Of a DNA stretch of 64,000 bases, positions 14,926-27,042 are shown one piece after another. The stretch lies in the NCBI RefSeq assembly GCF_009914755.1, contig NC_060931.1; one strand, given 5' to 3'. A program made the position numbers and the translations under genes. The DNA is from the human T2T-CHM13v2.0 reference genome, Homo sapiens. The notes beneath the pieces are model-generated. The model was not told the DNA's origin. It saw only the letters and a program-made list of their open reading frames with translations, and did no database searches. The first letter of the stretch is position 1, and every line of letters starts with the position of its first letter.

Positions 14926-16413
14926 ACTCAAAAAACATTGTTGCAGATTCAGTGGAATTATGACAAAAATGTACTTGTTTGACATCAACAGTTTGCTTAC
15001 TTTTTATACTCCTGTTATTCTATTAGGGCGTGGGAAACAATGTAAAATTCTTGGCATCTACCTTTAGGCAAATCAGGATCTAGTGGAATAGGGAAGCATA
15101 GAAATGAGCAAATGTTTAATAGAACAAAAAAAATACCTTGAGATAACTGGGTCTTTGGGTCAACAGAAGGCTCCACAGACAGATAAAGGTAGAAAGCCCA
15201 CTTCAGGAAATTGAATGAATGTTTACAAAGGCAGAGAAGCAAAAAGTTACAAGTGCAAGAAAAAAGTGCCTAACTTAATTTTGTCCGATTTAAGTGTCAT
15301 GATGGCCTTAGACTGAACTTGGAAACAAAGGTTTAGACCAGTCTTTTAAAAATCATTAAATATTAATATTAAAAATAAGAAGTTGTTGAAGGTCCAGAAG
15401 AAAATAAAAGTGAGATGATTAGGTCTGTGTTGGAGAAGCATCTCCAAGAAGCAGTGGATTAGGAGTGGGGAGCAGGAGGAGGAAAACAAGTTAGAAATCA
15501 AGGGGCACAGCACCAGTGATGGCTGCTTCCATGCCGGCTTCGCAGTGGGACTTAACATAGTAGAAAAAGGAGTCAGTTAAAAGCTTTATAAAAAATATTT
15601 CTAGGCTTAAGATCAAGCTCCTGAATTTTCTTTAGGATAGAAGCCATAAAATTACATTGACATTTGGAAATTCTTTACGGCTTTCCTTGGTTCTTTATGA
15701 AAAATCCATTACTGCCTATCATTTTCTGAATTTATGAGCATTTCATCTCTGGTATTCATATTTCCTATTCCAATTTAACTTGTTTATTATGTTACAGAAT
15801 ATGATGGGCTACTTTATAAGTTTAGGAAGTTAACCCATCACAATGGATTGGCAAAATGCAAATTCAAAGATTATTTTCTAAAGGATAAATGGACAACTAA
15901 ATAGGGAAATTTTATTGACAAGAATACCTTTTGAGGAAAACATAATAAATAAAGAACTAATTTGATAAGCTGTTTATAACGAGGTCTGAGGCTCCAAAGT
16001 GCATGTGCAGATAAGAAACGGTTCTGAACTTGTCTTTGGAAGACCTTCTTAGGAATTAGATCCCTTTCGTTGGTGGCTACCACTATAATTTAGGGCCAGA
16101 ATCAGGCTTCCTGTTAATTGCTCTGCAAAATAGAGGCTCTCAAAGGTAATAGCTGCAATCTTAGAAGAAGGAGAAAAGAGATGCTGGGAAGCTGTTTAAG
16201 CAAAAATAATTTAAAAATGTATGAAACTGTAGAATATGGATTTTAATGTTGAGCTGTGGGTGTGGGTGATGGACGTCTTGTTCTCTGACTGTTGAAATGA
16301 TTGAAAAAGACTATCGTGTTCAATCCTGGTTTTATATGAATGGACTCTTCAAGAGGAATTTGAAGAAGTGACAAATGTTATCTTCACAGTAGTGAGAAAA
16401 AGAGAGTGGCAAC

Positions 16414-16694
16414 TAAAATCATTTTAAATTACATGCTACTTAGATGATAAAATGATATGTGCCTAATAATTACAGCTTTTTTTTCTAACGGATTTAAGTG
16501 TGTGTGTACATATTAATTATATATTTATACATATTACATATTAATATTTATTATATATTTAAGTGTGTATATATAAAATTAATAATAAATAAATATATAT
16601 ATACACATACTTAAATCCTTTAGGAAAAAAAGCTATAATCATTAGGCTTATATCATTTGATCACCTAAGTAGTATGTAATTTAAAATGATTTTA
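16414..16694. repeat. ~100-bp inverted repeat around an AT-rich spacer
   Basis: 16414-16513 is the reverse complement of ~16595-16694, with about 12 mismatches by hand count. Confidence 0.92.
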
Positions 16695-16924
16695 AATTAT
16701 ATTTTACAATATACAGAATAAATTATATATATTTATTTCTATAGAAAAATATGCTGAAAGCTCAAACCAACTAAGAACAACAGCTGGTTGGGACGATCAG
16801 TTTTGGATCCGTAGCCCAGAGGCAGGTTCCAGCATATTCAGATATCAGGCACGGGGTTCACAGATGCCACACTAGAGGGGCTACATGCAGAGTCACAGCA
16901 TTAAGGCAGCCTTTGCTATCAGAG

Positions 16925-17120
16925 CCATCAAGACTCACATCTCAGCTCTGACTTTTCCTGCATAAACTTGGTTGCTACTGATCTCTTTGAACATTAGTTT
17001 CTTTATTTTTAAAGAGAAGGATAAAGGCAGTTTATAGGACTTATGTATGCATACTTTCTGCATATATAAGATTAATGGTGATGATGCATGTGGCTCAGCT
17101 TCAGTAGCTAATCAATAAAC
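16925..17120 (+). mobile_element. MIR fragment
   Basis: Weak match to the MIR core (CTCAGCTCTGAC...TCTTTGAACATTAGTTTCTT). Confidence 0.45.
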
Positions 17121-18289
17121 ATGCTCTTCTGTCTTCTTGAATGAGCCACCAACATTTGGGAAGTTCAGATCCTTAAATGTTCAAAGCTGAAATGACTGGA
17201 GATCACACTGGATATCACAATAATAAAAAGAATGTTGGCTTTTTTTCCCCTTATACTCTTTGCAAAATAACTTACTCTTTTTTAGCTCATTTATTTTTCA
17301 CATAACTTTTTGAGGTCAGGGTTATTTATGCTCTTGATTTTCTCTAGGAGAAAATTAAGATATAATTGTCTTGGTAAGTTGTGACCACTAATAAGAAGTG
17401 GTACAATTAAGATTCAAACTCCAAATTATGTCTTGGAATTCACAATAAAATACAATTAGTTAATTTCCCTAGAAGACAAATTTGTCACTAGTGTCAATTG
17501 CTTGATCTTAGCCAAAGCAATGGAATATGCATGATTTACTGAAGCTATAACTTTTGTTTTCCTCTGTTTTATCTATTCTTTTTATTATTCATCAAGAAAT
17601 GCCACTCCCCCACAGTAAATGCCAAAGCATTCAAGATAAAATTTATTTCCTTTTGTCAGATATGGAAGATATTTGACATAAATATTTAATAGACCAGTTG
17701 TTCTTGGATTTAAAACTATCCTCTATTTTTCACCTTATAAATGAATACCAAAGGTCTATCCATGGAAAGTGGAGTATTAATTTTAATTTCATGTATATTG
17801 CATCATACTGCAAGTATTATTTATAATTGGACTTTTATTTGTGTTACTAGAGATGTGATTTGTTCAAGTAGTAAATCATTGACAAATACTTGGTAGTTAA
17901 CTAGATAGGTTGCCCTAATCATTAAGCATTTTTATTTGTTAATAAATCAACTTTACTGACTTCTTTAGGGCTCTATTCCCTTTTTTATCCATCTTAACAT
18001 TCCTGATGTGTTCATTAACATAAACAGTAGGACTCTGCCAGCCAGGTGGGCCCAAGTAATATATATACTTCTGAAAATAAATTTCAATTTTAATTTTATT
18101 TATATGGCTTGAATCTGGTATAAGACAGAGTGTACTAGGATTATGTTTTTCCTGCAGGATCTAGATTACCCAGCCCACAAGTAACATGTGAGTTACTTGG
18201 TAAAACTAACAGTGAGGTAGGAGGTTGTTGACTGTGATGGAAGGGACCCTGGACACAAAGTGAGGGAGAGAGCACAGTCCTGTTCAGGT

Positions 18290-18490
18290 CAACAGAGCTC
18301 AAACTTGCTCTGCTTTTGACTCATAGTCTATCTGATCTTTTACAAGTCACTTAACCCTCTGCTCTTCTGTTTCCTTAGCAGTAAAATCTACTGTAAGATC
18401 TTTCCTCAGAAGTAAAAATCTACTAATGCCTTGGTAAAGACTGCATAAAGTTTATATGCAAATTGGTAAAACATAGTAGGGATGCAATGT
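18290..18490 (+). mobile_element. MIR fragment
   Basis: CAAGTCACTTAACCCTCTGCTCTTCTGTTTCCTTAGCAGTAAAAT resembles the MIR core. Confidence 0.6.
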
Positions 18491-19591
18491 GGACTAGCTT
18501 TAATCTTATCATTGGAAAAAACACTTGAGAGCCAAAACACTTTCCCTGGCACTTTTTAGCTGTGAAATATTAAGTTGGTATCAGGCCCCCAAACTTCTCA
18601 TCTACAGGAATCCTCCAGCAGCCATTTTAAGCACACATTATAGTGTGGCTACACATGCCTCCACCTTCTTGCTTCTCATTTTTCTCTTGTTTGGCAACGT
18701 TGGTCTTTGTCTCTGCTGTGCTCTGCTCCCTCCTTACTCTCACCAGCACAGACACTTGAGAAGCACTGCCATTACTTGGGCCTAAAGTCTTCCTAAAGTC
18801 CTTTACTTCCTAAAGTCTTCCCTGATGCCTTTAGAATTAATATACATCTCTCTTTGGAACTTGCAATGCACAATAGTTACACATTGCTTTTTGTATTTGT
18901 ATCTGGTCCCCTATTACAATTATCTATATATCGTTTTTTTTTGCACCTATTAATCTGTGATGACCTTGAGCATAAGGGTTGACTTTATTTCAGTTTGAAT
19001 AACAATAGACATTCCTCAAATACTGGGCTTTCTTCCACTTCATGACCACATGCAGGCAAATAAAAAGCCAGAGAGCACATTTTCCTGTGTTAGAAAGCAA
19101 TTGACAAGGATTAGGATTTTAAATAATAGCTATAGTCATCTGGTAGATGGCAGAGGGGCCTGAGGGAGAGAAATGCACAGGGCAAAATCTAACAGTGTTT
19201 ATGGACACAGAGGGATTATATAACATGATGAAATGAGAAGAGGCAGAGCCGTGGGGGACATTCATGCTTTCCTGGCTGAATGCTCAGCCACGCAAGGAAC
19301 GTGCATGCTCCAAGCACTAGCGGGCCTGGCGGGAATCTCGGATGCAAAGGACAAAGGCAGACTCTGCCGCCAGGGATCCAAACAGAATGCAATGGCTCTC
19401 AGTTGGTCAAGGACTACACACCACCCTCGCACCTGGCTGATGGCTGCTAAAAGAGCTCTGCTCATGAAATGCCTCTGCTCAACCAATTTTCTGCTGTCTA
19501 CTGCTTGAACTACTTGTAATATTTTCAAAGAAAAAACAATGTATATATTTGTCATCTAATTTATGCCATGCAAAGGCATTCTACATTATTT

Positions 19592-19612
19592 TGTGTGTGT
19601 GTGTGTGTGTGT
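19592..19612. repeat. (TG)n microsatellite
   Basis: Direct inspection. Confidence 0.9.
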
Positions 19613-19950
19613 ATGTTTCCACATTTTAAAAAATGGGAAATTAAGGCACTGATTTAGAAAATAAATTCTCAAAGAAATTAAGCCATGTGCTTAGGGTATC
19701 ACAGAAAATTAGAGGAATCAAGATTTGAATGGAGCCTTTTTTCCCCCCTAGTTTCCAAAGCCATTGTTCTTTTCAATCTAGTAGTCTCCTACTTGTTGCA
19801 AAACAAATCAAGTAGTTTGGACTTCTCTTGAGAGCTTTGAAGAGCCATTTGAATTTTCCAGGAGTTGAATAGCTGCAATTTAATTTGCTTTTGAAGACAA
19901 CTTTACAGGCAATGTCAAAGGAGCCTACTAGACTAAAAAGAACAATGGCT

Positions 19951-20657
19951 TCATTAAAAATTCAGGAAACAACAGGTGCTGGAGAGGATGTGGAGAAATA
20001 GGAACACTTTTACACTGTTGGTGTGACTGTAAACTAGTTCAACCATTGTGGAAGACAGTGTGGTGATTCCTCAGGGATCTAGAACTAGAAATACCATTTG
20101 ACCCAGCCATCCCATTACCGGGTATATACCCAAAGGATTATAAATCATGCTGCTTTAAAGACACATGTACACGTATGTTTATTGCAGCACTATTCACAAT
20201 AGCAAAGACTTGGAACCAACCCACATGTCCAATAATGATAGACTGGATTAAGAAAATGTGGAATATATACACCATGGAATACTATGCAGCCATAAAAAAT
20301 GATGAGTTTGTGTCCTTTGTAGGGACATGGATGAAGCTGGAAACCATCATTCTCAGCAAACTATCACAAGGACAAAAAACCAAACACTGCATGTTCTCAC
20401 TCATAGGTGAGAACTGAACAATGAGAACACACGGACACAGGAAGGGGAACATCACACACCGGGGCCTGTTGTGGGGTGGGGGGAGGGGGGAGGGATAGCA
20501 TTAGGAGATATACCTAATGTTAAATGACAAGTTAATGGGTGCAGCACACCAACATGGCACATGTATACATATGTAACAAACTTGCACGTTGTGCACATGT
20601 ACCCTAAAACTTAAAGTATAATAAAAAATAAAATAAAATAAAATAAATAAATAAAAA
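19951..20657 (+). mobile_element. 5'-truncated L1PA (approx. L1PA4) 3' end
   Basis: ORF2p C-terminus (MFIAALFTIAKTWNQP...), G-rich 3'UTR GGGGTGGGGGGAGGGGGGAGGGATAGCATTAGG and an A-rich tail. Confidence 0.93.
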
Positions 20658-21222
20658 GAAAAACAACACTTTGCATAGTTAAGGTTTGGCTTACTGAACA
20701 GCCCTAACTTCTTGTCATCAAAACCGGCCTTTCTCCAATTTTCTGTGTGCTGTTTATTGTTCTGAAAAAATATTTCCTCATCAGCATCTTTGCATATGCC
20801 TTGGAAAGCTCTCCCACTCTAGAACATGAAAGAATGTAGCTCACTTTATCACTGCTGGCTAAGACACATACCTTTACACTGCCCTAGACCTCTGAGAGTC
20901 ATTCTCCCTTGAGCAACTCTCATTGCATTTTGTCCAGGTTAATTGTTTATGTATATATGTGTATATATATCTTAGATATTATATATACATATATTGTGTA
21001 TGTATATATATATTCCTGGCTAGAAGGGGACAATATGATGACAAGAAAAGCTGCTTATCCTTCTCTGTGTTAAATTTTATGATCCCAGATGCACAGTAGA
21101 TTACAACCTATTGATTAATCAGTGTTTTTTTATTTCTCCCTTATTTTGGTGAAACATAAATCAGTTTATTAGTTACATGTATCATGTTTGTTTATCTTTA
21201 TAAGAATAAGTATGGAAAAGTC

Positions 21223-21761
21223 TGAAACCATCCTCATAGAATTAAATAAAACTAAATTGCTCGCTTTTCACCAAAAGCATAAGTATTGAATAGCTAAGCA
21301 TTCAGCAGTTGCCTATAGCCCACTTCCTTATAGCTGCTTACTGCTTAGAAGTCATGTGGCACCTGTCACAAGGCCCTAGGATCTATAGATAACATCTTTG
21401 ACATTAAGAAGCCTCAAGTCTTCCATTTGAGGTATTTTCCAGATTCTGCATTTCAGTGGGTCCACTGATGTCAGGCAGTCTGAAGACCTCTCTGAGGAGC
21501 CGACCAAGTGCTGAAATGTGTTTTTGTCATCCCTTTCTGATGACTTCACCTTTCACTTCATCAGCTCCTCAGCCCCCCGACCTGCCAAAATTTCCTTAAA
21601 AAGCTCACTCCAAAACTCCTCAGGGAGCAGATTTGACATTCCCTCCCACCTCCTCATTTGGCTGCCAATCTGTTATTAAACTTGCTCTGCTGAAACTCCT
21701 ACTCTTTTGGTGCTTTTCTCTGTCACCAGGCAATGGGCACAAACCTCATGGTCCTATAACA
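21223..21761 (+). mobile_element. ERV1-class solo LTR, MER39-like
   Basis: TG...CA termini (TGAAACC...GGTCCTATAACA), 4-bp TSD AGTC/AGTT, internal CTATAGATAAC and an ATTAAA polyadenylation-like signal. Confidence 0.7.
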
Positions 21762-22469
21762 AGTTTACTTCCCCCTTTAAAATATATGCGTAATATTAGG
21801 TTCACAGATGCCAACTAGAAGTGAAAGAATTCTGGAACTCACATAAGGAAAAAGACAAATCAAAGACAGCCACATGGGAGCCTCACTGCCCTCTCAGCCT
21901 AGCCTCAGGAATTCATTTGAAAGTATATTTAATTCTCGCCTTCTCTAGTTTGTTTACATGCCCCTTCCATTGAGGAGTGCAGCCTGGGGAAGAACAAAAG
22001 AATGTCTCTCAATCATATAAAAACACAGAGTCAGAAGAAAAAAATAATGTATTCCTTGGGGATCTTGAAGAAACATTTTAATTCTCATTGATTTTTTTAG
22101 GTGCGTGTGGTAGTACGAAATAGTTCAAAGTTGTCAGAGAAGGGGAACAATAAAATCTAGTTTGTAAAATATTCCCAAAGCATTTTCTCTTGTCTTAGGG
22201 TCTTCTTTCGACATTTCCCTTACTCATGGCTAGAGCTCAGAGGCACTTTTCTTATTTCACCACTTCAATTTAATTTGATTTGATTTTTAGTGTTTCTTCA
22301 GATTTCGTTCTGCATGCTTATCATTCATGACTCACCTTTACTTCCTTATCAATATGGAAAGTTATATGTTAAACACATTCGAACAACTTCTGATGAATTC
22401 TGACAATTTTTATAAGTTTTCTACCTATATTACCTAGAAGCTGCATAAAGATTTTGCTTTATATCCACA

Positions 22470-22640
22470 GAATTATAATTTTAGAGTTAGAAGATATCCA
22501 ACTCAGAGAATATTTAGGTCAAACACCTAATTTCACAGGTGAGGAAGCTAAGAACCTGGTTGTTACATGTGTGGCTCAAGGTTACAAAACTAATTAAGAA
22601 AACCCTGAGGACTAAAACACTAATCTCCCAATTCCCAAAG
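22470..22640 (-). mobile_element. MIR/MIR3 fragment
   Basis: ATTTCACAGGTGAGGAAGCTAAG...CTCAAGGTTACA matches the MIR core in antisense. Confidence 0.55.
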
Positions 22641-23460
22641 TTTGCTCTCAGACTATTTTGGCTTTTCATGCTAGTTCACATAGTCATTTGATTGAACCTG
22701 ACTCAAGTTCTAAGCTGTAGAGGTTTCACCCTTGGGCTAGGCCTGATGAGACTCTAGGGTATAATGAAACTGGATTCAGTACCAGAAACTGTCGTGTCTA
22801 CAGCTCCACTCTTCCCCGTGTGAACAATGGCTTGCCAATTTAGCTCAACTTCTTCAAACACGAGTTCACTATCTATAGAATGCATATTGTGATTCTTACA
22901 TCACAGGGTCATAGTGAGACAAAAATGAAAGAATAAATATAAATTATTTAATTTAGTTTTCAAGAAAAAGAATATAATCAGGAAATAGCCTCTTCCCCAT
23001 CATTCCTCTCTGGATTAAGGATATTTCCATCCACATATCCAAATACATATTATCCTAAATTTATATGATAGTCTCTAGCTTACTATGTTCAATTTTGTCC
23101 TAAAAAGCTAAGCCATATGGCTTTGTTTGTTTTTTTTTTTCATGGTTTACCAAGAAATGCCTTCATTTATCAAAGTACTCTAACTATACAGAAATGTTTA
23201 AACATTTTTTAAATTCCCCCATAAATCAGCCTGCTCTCTTTAGGAAAAACATTAACCATTTGAAATAAAATCTGGCAACATTATAAAATCTGGGAACATA
23301 TGTTTCTATACTTGTTTCTGTATCTGTATTTCCCTCTGTCTCTCTCCCTTTGTCTCTCTTTCTCTCTTCTCTTTTTGTCTCTCCCTGGGATTGCATGTGT
23401 GTGGGTTTATATTTAGCTATTTCTCCATAGTGAAAATGAACTATGTAATAAAAAACACTT

Positions 23461-23800
<340 letters not shown>

Positions 23801-24364
23801 TTACAAACATTTTATTAGGTTGTTTTTTCTGTAAAACAGAATCTTAGACAAAGACTTATGTGTGTTACTTAATTAGGAAATGTAATCTCAGAAAGCAAGA
23901 GAGAGGGATGGGAGAACAAAACAGGCCATGAGAAGGAATTCATGAAATTAAGAGTTATTGTTGATTGTCATATGAGTGACTGATGGCTTTAATCCCTTTG
24001 CATTATCTGAAAAGGCTATGAAAGCCATCTCGTGACTATTCGTCGCAAAAGAGGATAAATGGCTTGTGTACTGTCTCCCATCTCCACCTCATAACTGCCC
24101 CACATTTCAAGTTCATGCATACACAGACTCAGAGAGAATTTCCATAGCTTCCCATGCCTTGGTGTCAATCAAGAAGCCATAGATAATGTGGCAGAATCCA
24201 CATGGCACAGGCAGAGGTCAGGATGAAGCTGACTGATGCCCACACAGAGCAGCAGTGGTGGGAATAAAGGCAAGTGAGACTGAGACTCTCAAATGGTGCA
24301 GAAGAGTTATCTGACACAGTCCACACCTTGGTCATTCAGATCTGCTCCTGCCCTCCGTTTGAGC

Positions 24365-24790
24365 TGTTTTATTCACAATACTTCTGACACCAAATGTGTG
24401 ATTTTTTTTCCCTTATATCCACCAGTTTTCAAACTCTCTGGACACCAAATGTGTGTCCTACAAATTAATTCAATTCTGACATAAACTATCCAAAGTTGGT
24501 GTCAGGCTTCATAGGTTTAGGGGCTCAGTCCCACAAAACTGACCTCCCTTCAGATGCCAGTGGCAGGTATAGGGTCCCCAGATTACCCATTCTTCTGTCT
24601 AACTTGGCTACAGTGTTGGAGGATTCCCTCCATACTCTTTCAAGTTTGATAATTTGATAGAATGGCTTATAAAACTCCAGAAAAGTTTACTCACTATTAC
24701 TTTTTATAATAAAAGATATAACTCAGGAGCAGCCAAATAGAAAAGATGCATAGAGCAAGGAATTGGAGCAGGGTTGCAAAGACCGAACAT
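24365..24790 (-). mobile_element. MER21-family LTR fragment
   Basis: CACAATACTTCTGACACCAAATGTGTG, GGGCTCAGTCCCACAAAACTG and GATAATTTGATAGAATGGCT are typical of MER21 in antisense. Confidence 0.75.
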
Positions 24791-25154
24791 ATTTCTAATC
24801 ATTCCACAGCTTGTATCCAACTCCCATACTAATTTATTGGGCCTCATCTGTGATAACAAGATGCTCTTACTCTTCTGAGATACGAGTGCAATCCACTGCA
24901 GAGTCCAGTTTGAGGTGGTAGTCAGCCACAATCTCTGCAAATACTCAATGCAAACAGGTAAATGAAACAAGCTACAGTCCCTGCTGCTAAACCTGTTCTT
25001 GCACCCTACATGTCATTTATTGTATCCTTCCTAAAATATCCATTTTATATTTCACTCAACCTTGGCTAGTAATTTAGCCAACGTGGCTCATCTTGAGAAA
25101 CAGCATTAATTGGATTCCTGGGGGAGCTTTTTGTTTTGAGCCTGTTCTAATATA

Positions 25155-25233
25155 TTAGGTTGGTGCAAAAGTAATTGCAGTGTTTGCCATTAAAAGCGAC
25201 AGCAAAACCGCAATTACTTTTGCACCAACCTAA
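25155..25233. mobile_element. MADE1 (Hsmar1-derived mariner MITE)
   Basis: 79-bp palindrome TTAGGTTGGTGCAAAAGTAATTGC...GCAATTACTTTTGCACCAACCTAA with TA TSDs at 25153-25154 and 25234-25235. Confidence 0.95.
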
Positions 25234-26294
25234 TACCATTCAGTGTTATAACTCAGGAAAAAACACAAAGAGACATCCCAGGAGGTGCACGGCTTCCTGA
25301 CATACTTTCCTGGACATTAATCAGGATAGCTTACCCTCACAAATACCAGAGGGCACCTTTATCCACTATGGATACCTCTAGCACAATCAGATAGGATAAG
25401 CTACATAACATAGCTATGTATCATACATGATATATATGATATATGATAAGCTATATATCATATAGATATATAATAGCTTAGATATCATCATAGCTTATCA
25501 TATCTAAGCTTGCCCTGAGGCAAGCAGCTTGGATCAGGGTCTGACATTGGTGCAAAATTATCTCCTGCGCTGGGTCTCACTCAAAAGTGAAAGCCTGGTG
25601 AGTCATCCAGGGCAGGTTTCAGGGATTTATTCTCAAGTGTCATATATTCTGCCTCTAAAATACAAAGATACCTAGTGCTGTGCCTCTTTCTTAATAAAGA
25701 GTATGAGGTGGCATGCCACAGAATATTGCATGTTAAAAAACTTCTCACCAATAACTGGTCAGTAAATGTGTTTGGTGTGCGTATGTTTTTTCTCTCTCAC
25801 ATTGTAGGATGCATGTGTCACACTAGGTTATTAATGGTACTCACCACCTCCTGCTCACCATTTCCCATTAGTATAATGCCATTAGTACAGTGCACAAACA
25901 TGAAGCTTTACAGAACATCGGGAAAACAAGGTTCTTAAAGATCGTATTTTGTCAGACTTCTGACAGTTAATACAGTCCCGAAGTAAGACAGTGAAAGTGT
26001 ACTACTGAGTCCCTCGTGTAAAGGCAAACTGCTTTTGATCGACCCTACTAATATGGACCAATAACTAAACATTCACAGATCAGTGGCTACAGAGTGAATG
26101 CCAGCAGCTGTATGGATCATTTTCAGTAAAGAACCATATTGGCACGATAGCTATAATTGGAAATACCAACACCATTTGGTTATATTAACAATAATCCACC
26201 TTCTTCTGATACAATTTCCCCAGTTTTAGCAGAAGCCACAAAGGTAAAACGGAGTGAGATATTATGCTAAGCACCGATACTGCATCCTTTAAGT

Positions 26295-26486
26295 CAGAGG
26301 TTGGCAAACTTTCTAGGACTAGATCATAACTGTAGGCTTTATAGGTCTTAAGGTCTCTGTCTCAATTTTTCAACTCTGCAGCATATGCATAGACTAATGA
26401 CTGTGGCCATATTCCAGTAAAATTTTGTTTCCAAAAAGAGGCAGTGGACCAAATTTGGCCCATGGGACATTGTTTGCCAAATCCTG
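26295..26486 (+). mobile_element. MER58A-like hAT-Charlie MITE
   Basis: TIRs CAGAGGTTGGCAAAC / GTTTGCCAAATCCTG; degenerate 8-bp TSD CTTTAAGT/TTTTAGGT. Confidence 0.8.
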
Positions 26487-26606
26487 TTTTAGGTCTACAA
26501 TCACGGCACTAACTTTTACAATCAGTCTTGAAATACAATATAGCTACTGATTTTCTCTCTGTGCTGGATGAATGTGAGTAGCTTCAGGTACTTCCATTTA
26601 GCCTTT

Positions 26607-27042
26607 TTCTACTGGGTTGACAGCATCCTTCCAAAATTTATGTCCACCTGGAATTTCAGAATGTGACCTTACATGGAAATAGTGTCTGCAGATGTCATTA
26701 CTAAAGTTAAGATGAGGTTATACTGGATTAAGGTGAGCCCTAATCCAAGATTGGTGTCCCTGTAAGAATAAAAATGGAGACAGACAGAGACACACACGCA
26801 GAAGACCACGTGATGATGAAGGCAGAGTTGGAGTGATATATCTACAAGGATTGTTAGCAGCTACCAGAAGCCAGGAGAGAGGCATAGGATAGATTTTTCT
26901 TCAGAGCCTCCAGGACAAATCAACCCTAGTAACACTCTAATTTCAGACTTTTGGCCTCAACTACTGTGAGAGAATAAATTTCTGTTGTTTCAAGCCACCC
27001 AGTTTGTGTAATTTGCTACAACCACCCCAGGAAACTAACACA
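26607..27042 (+). mobile_element. MLT1B/C-like solo LTR
   Basis: CAGAATGTGACCTTA...GGAAATAG, TACCAGAAGCCAGGAGAGAGGCA and AATAAATTTCTGTTGTTTCAAGCCAC...GGAAACTAACACA. Confidence 0.85.

Noticed and set aside
20461-20495. G-quadruplex-forming G-rich tract
   Set aside because: It is the standard L1PA 3'UTR polypurine tract, so not novel.
25547-25560. TTGGTGCAAAA resembling a third MADE1 TIR
   Set aside because: Only ~11 bp match, with no TA terminus or partner; compatible with chance.
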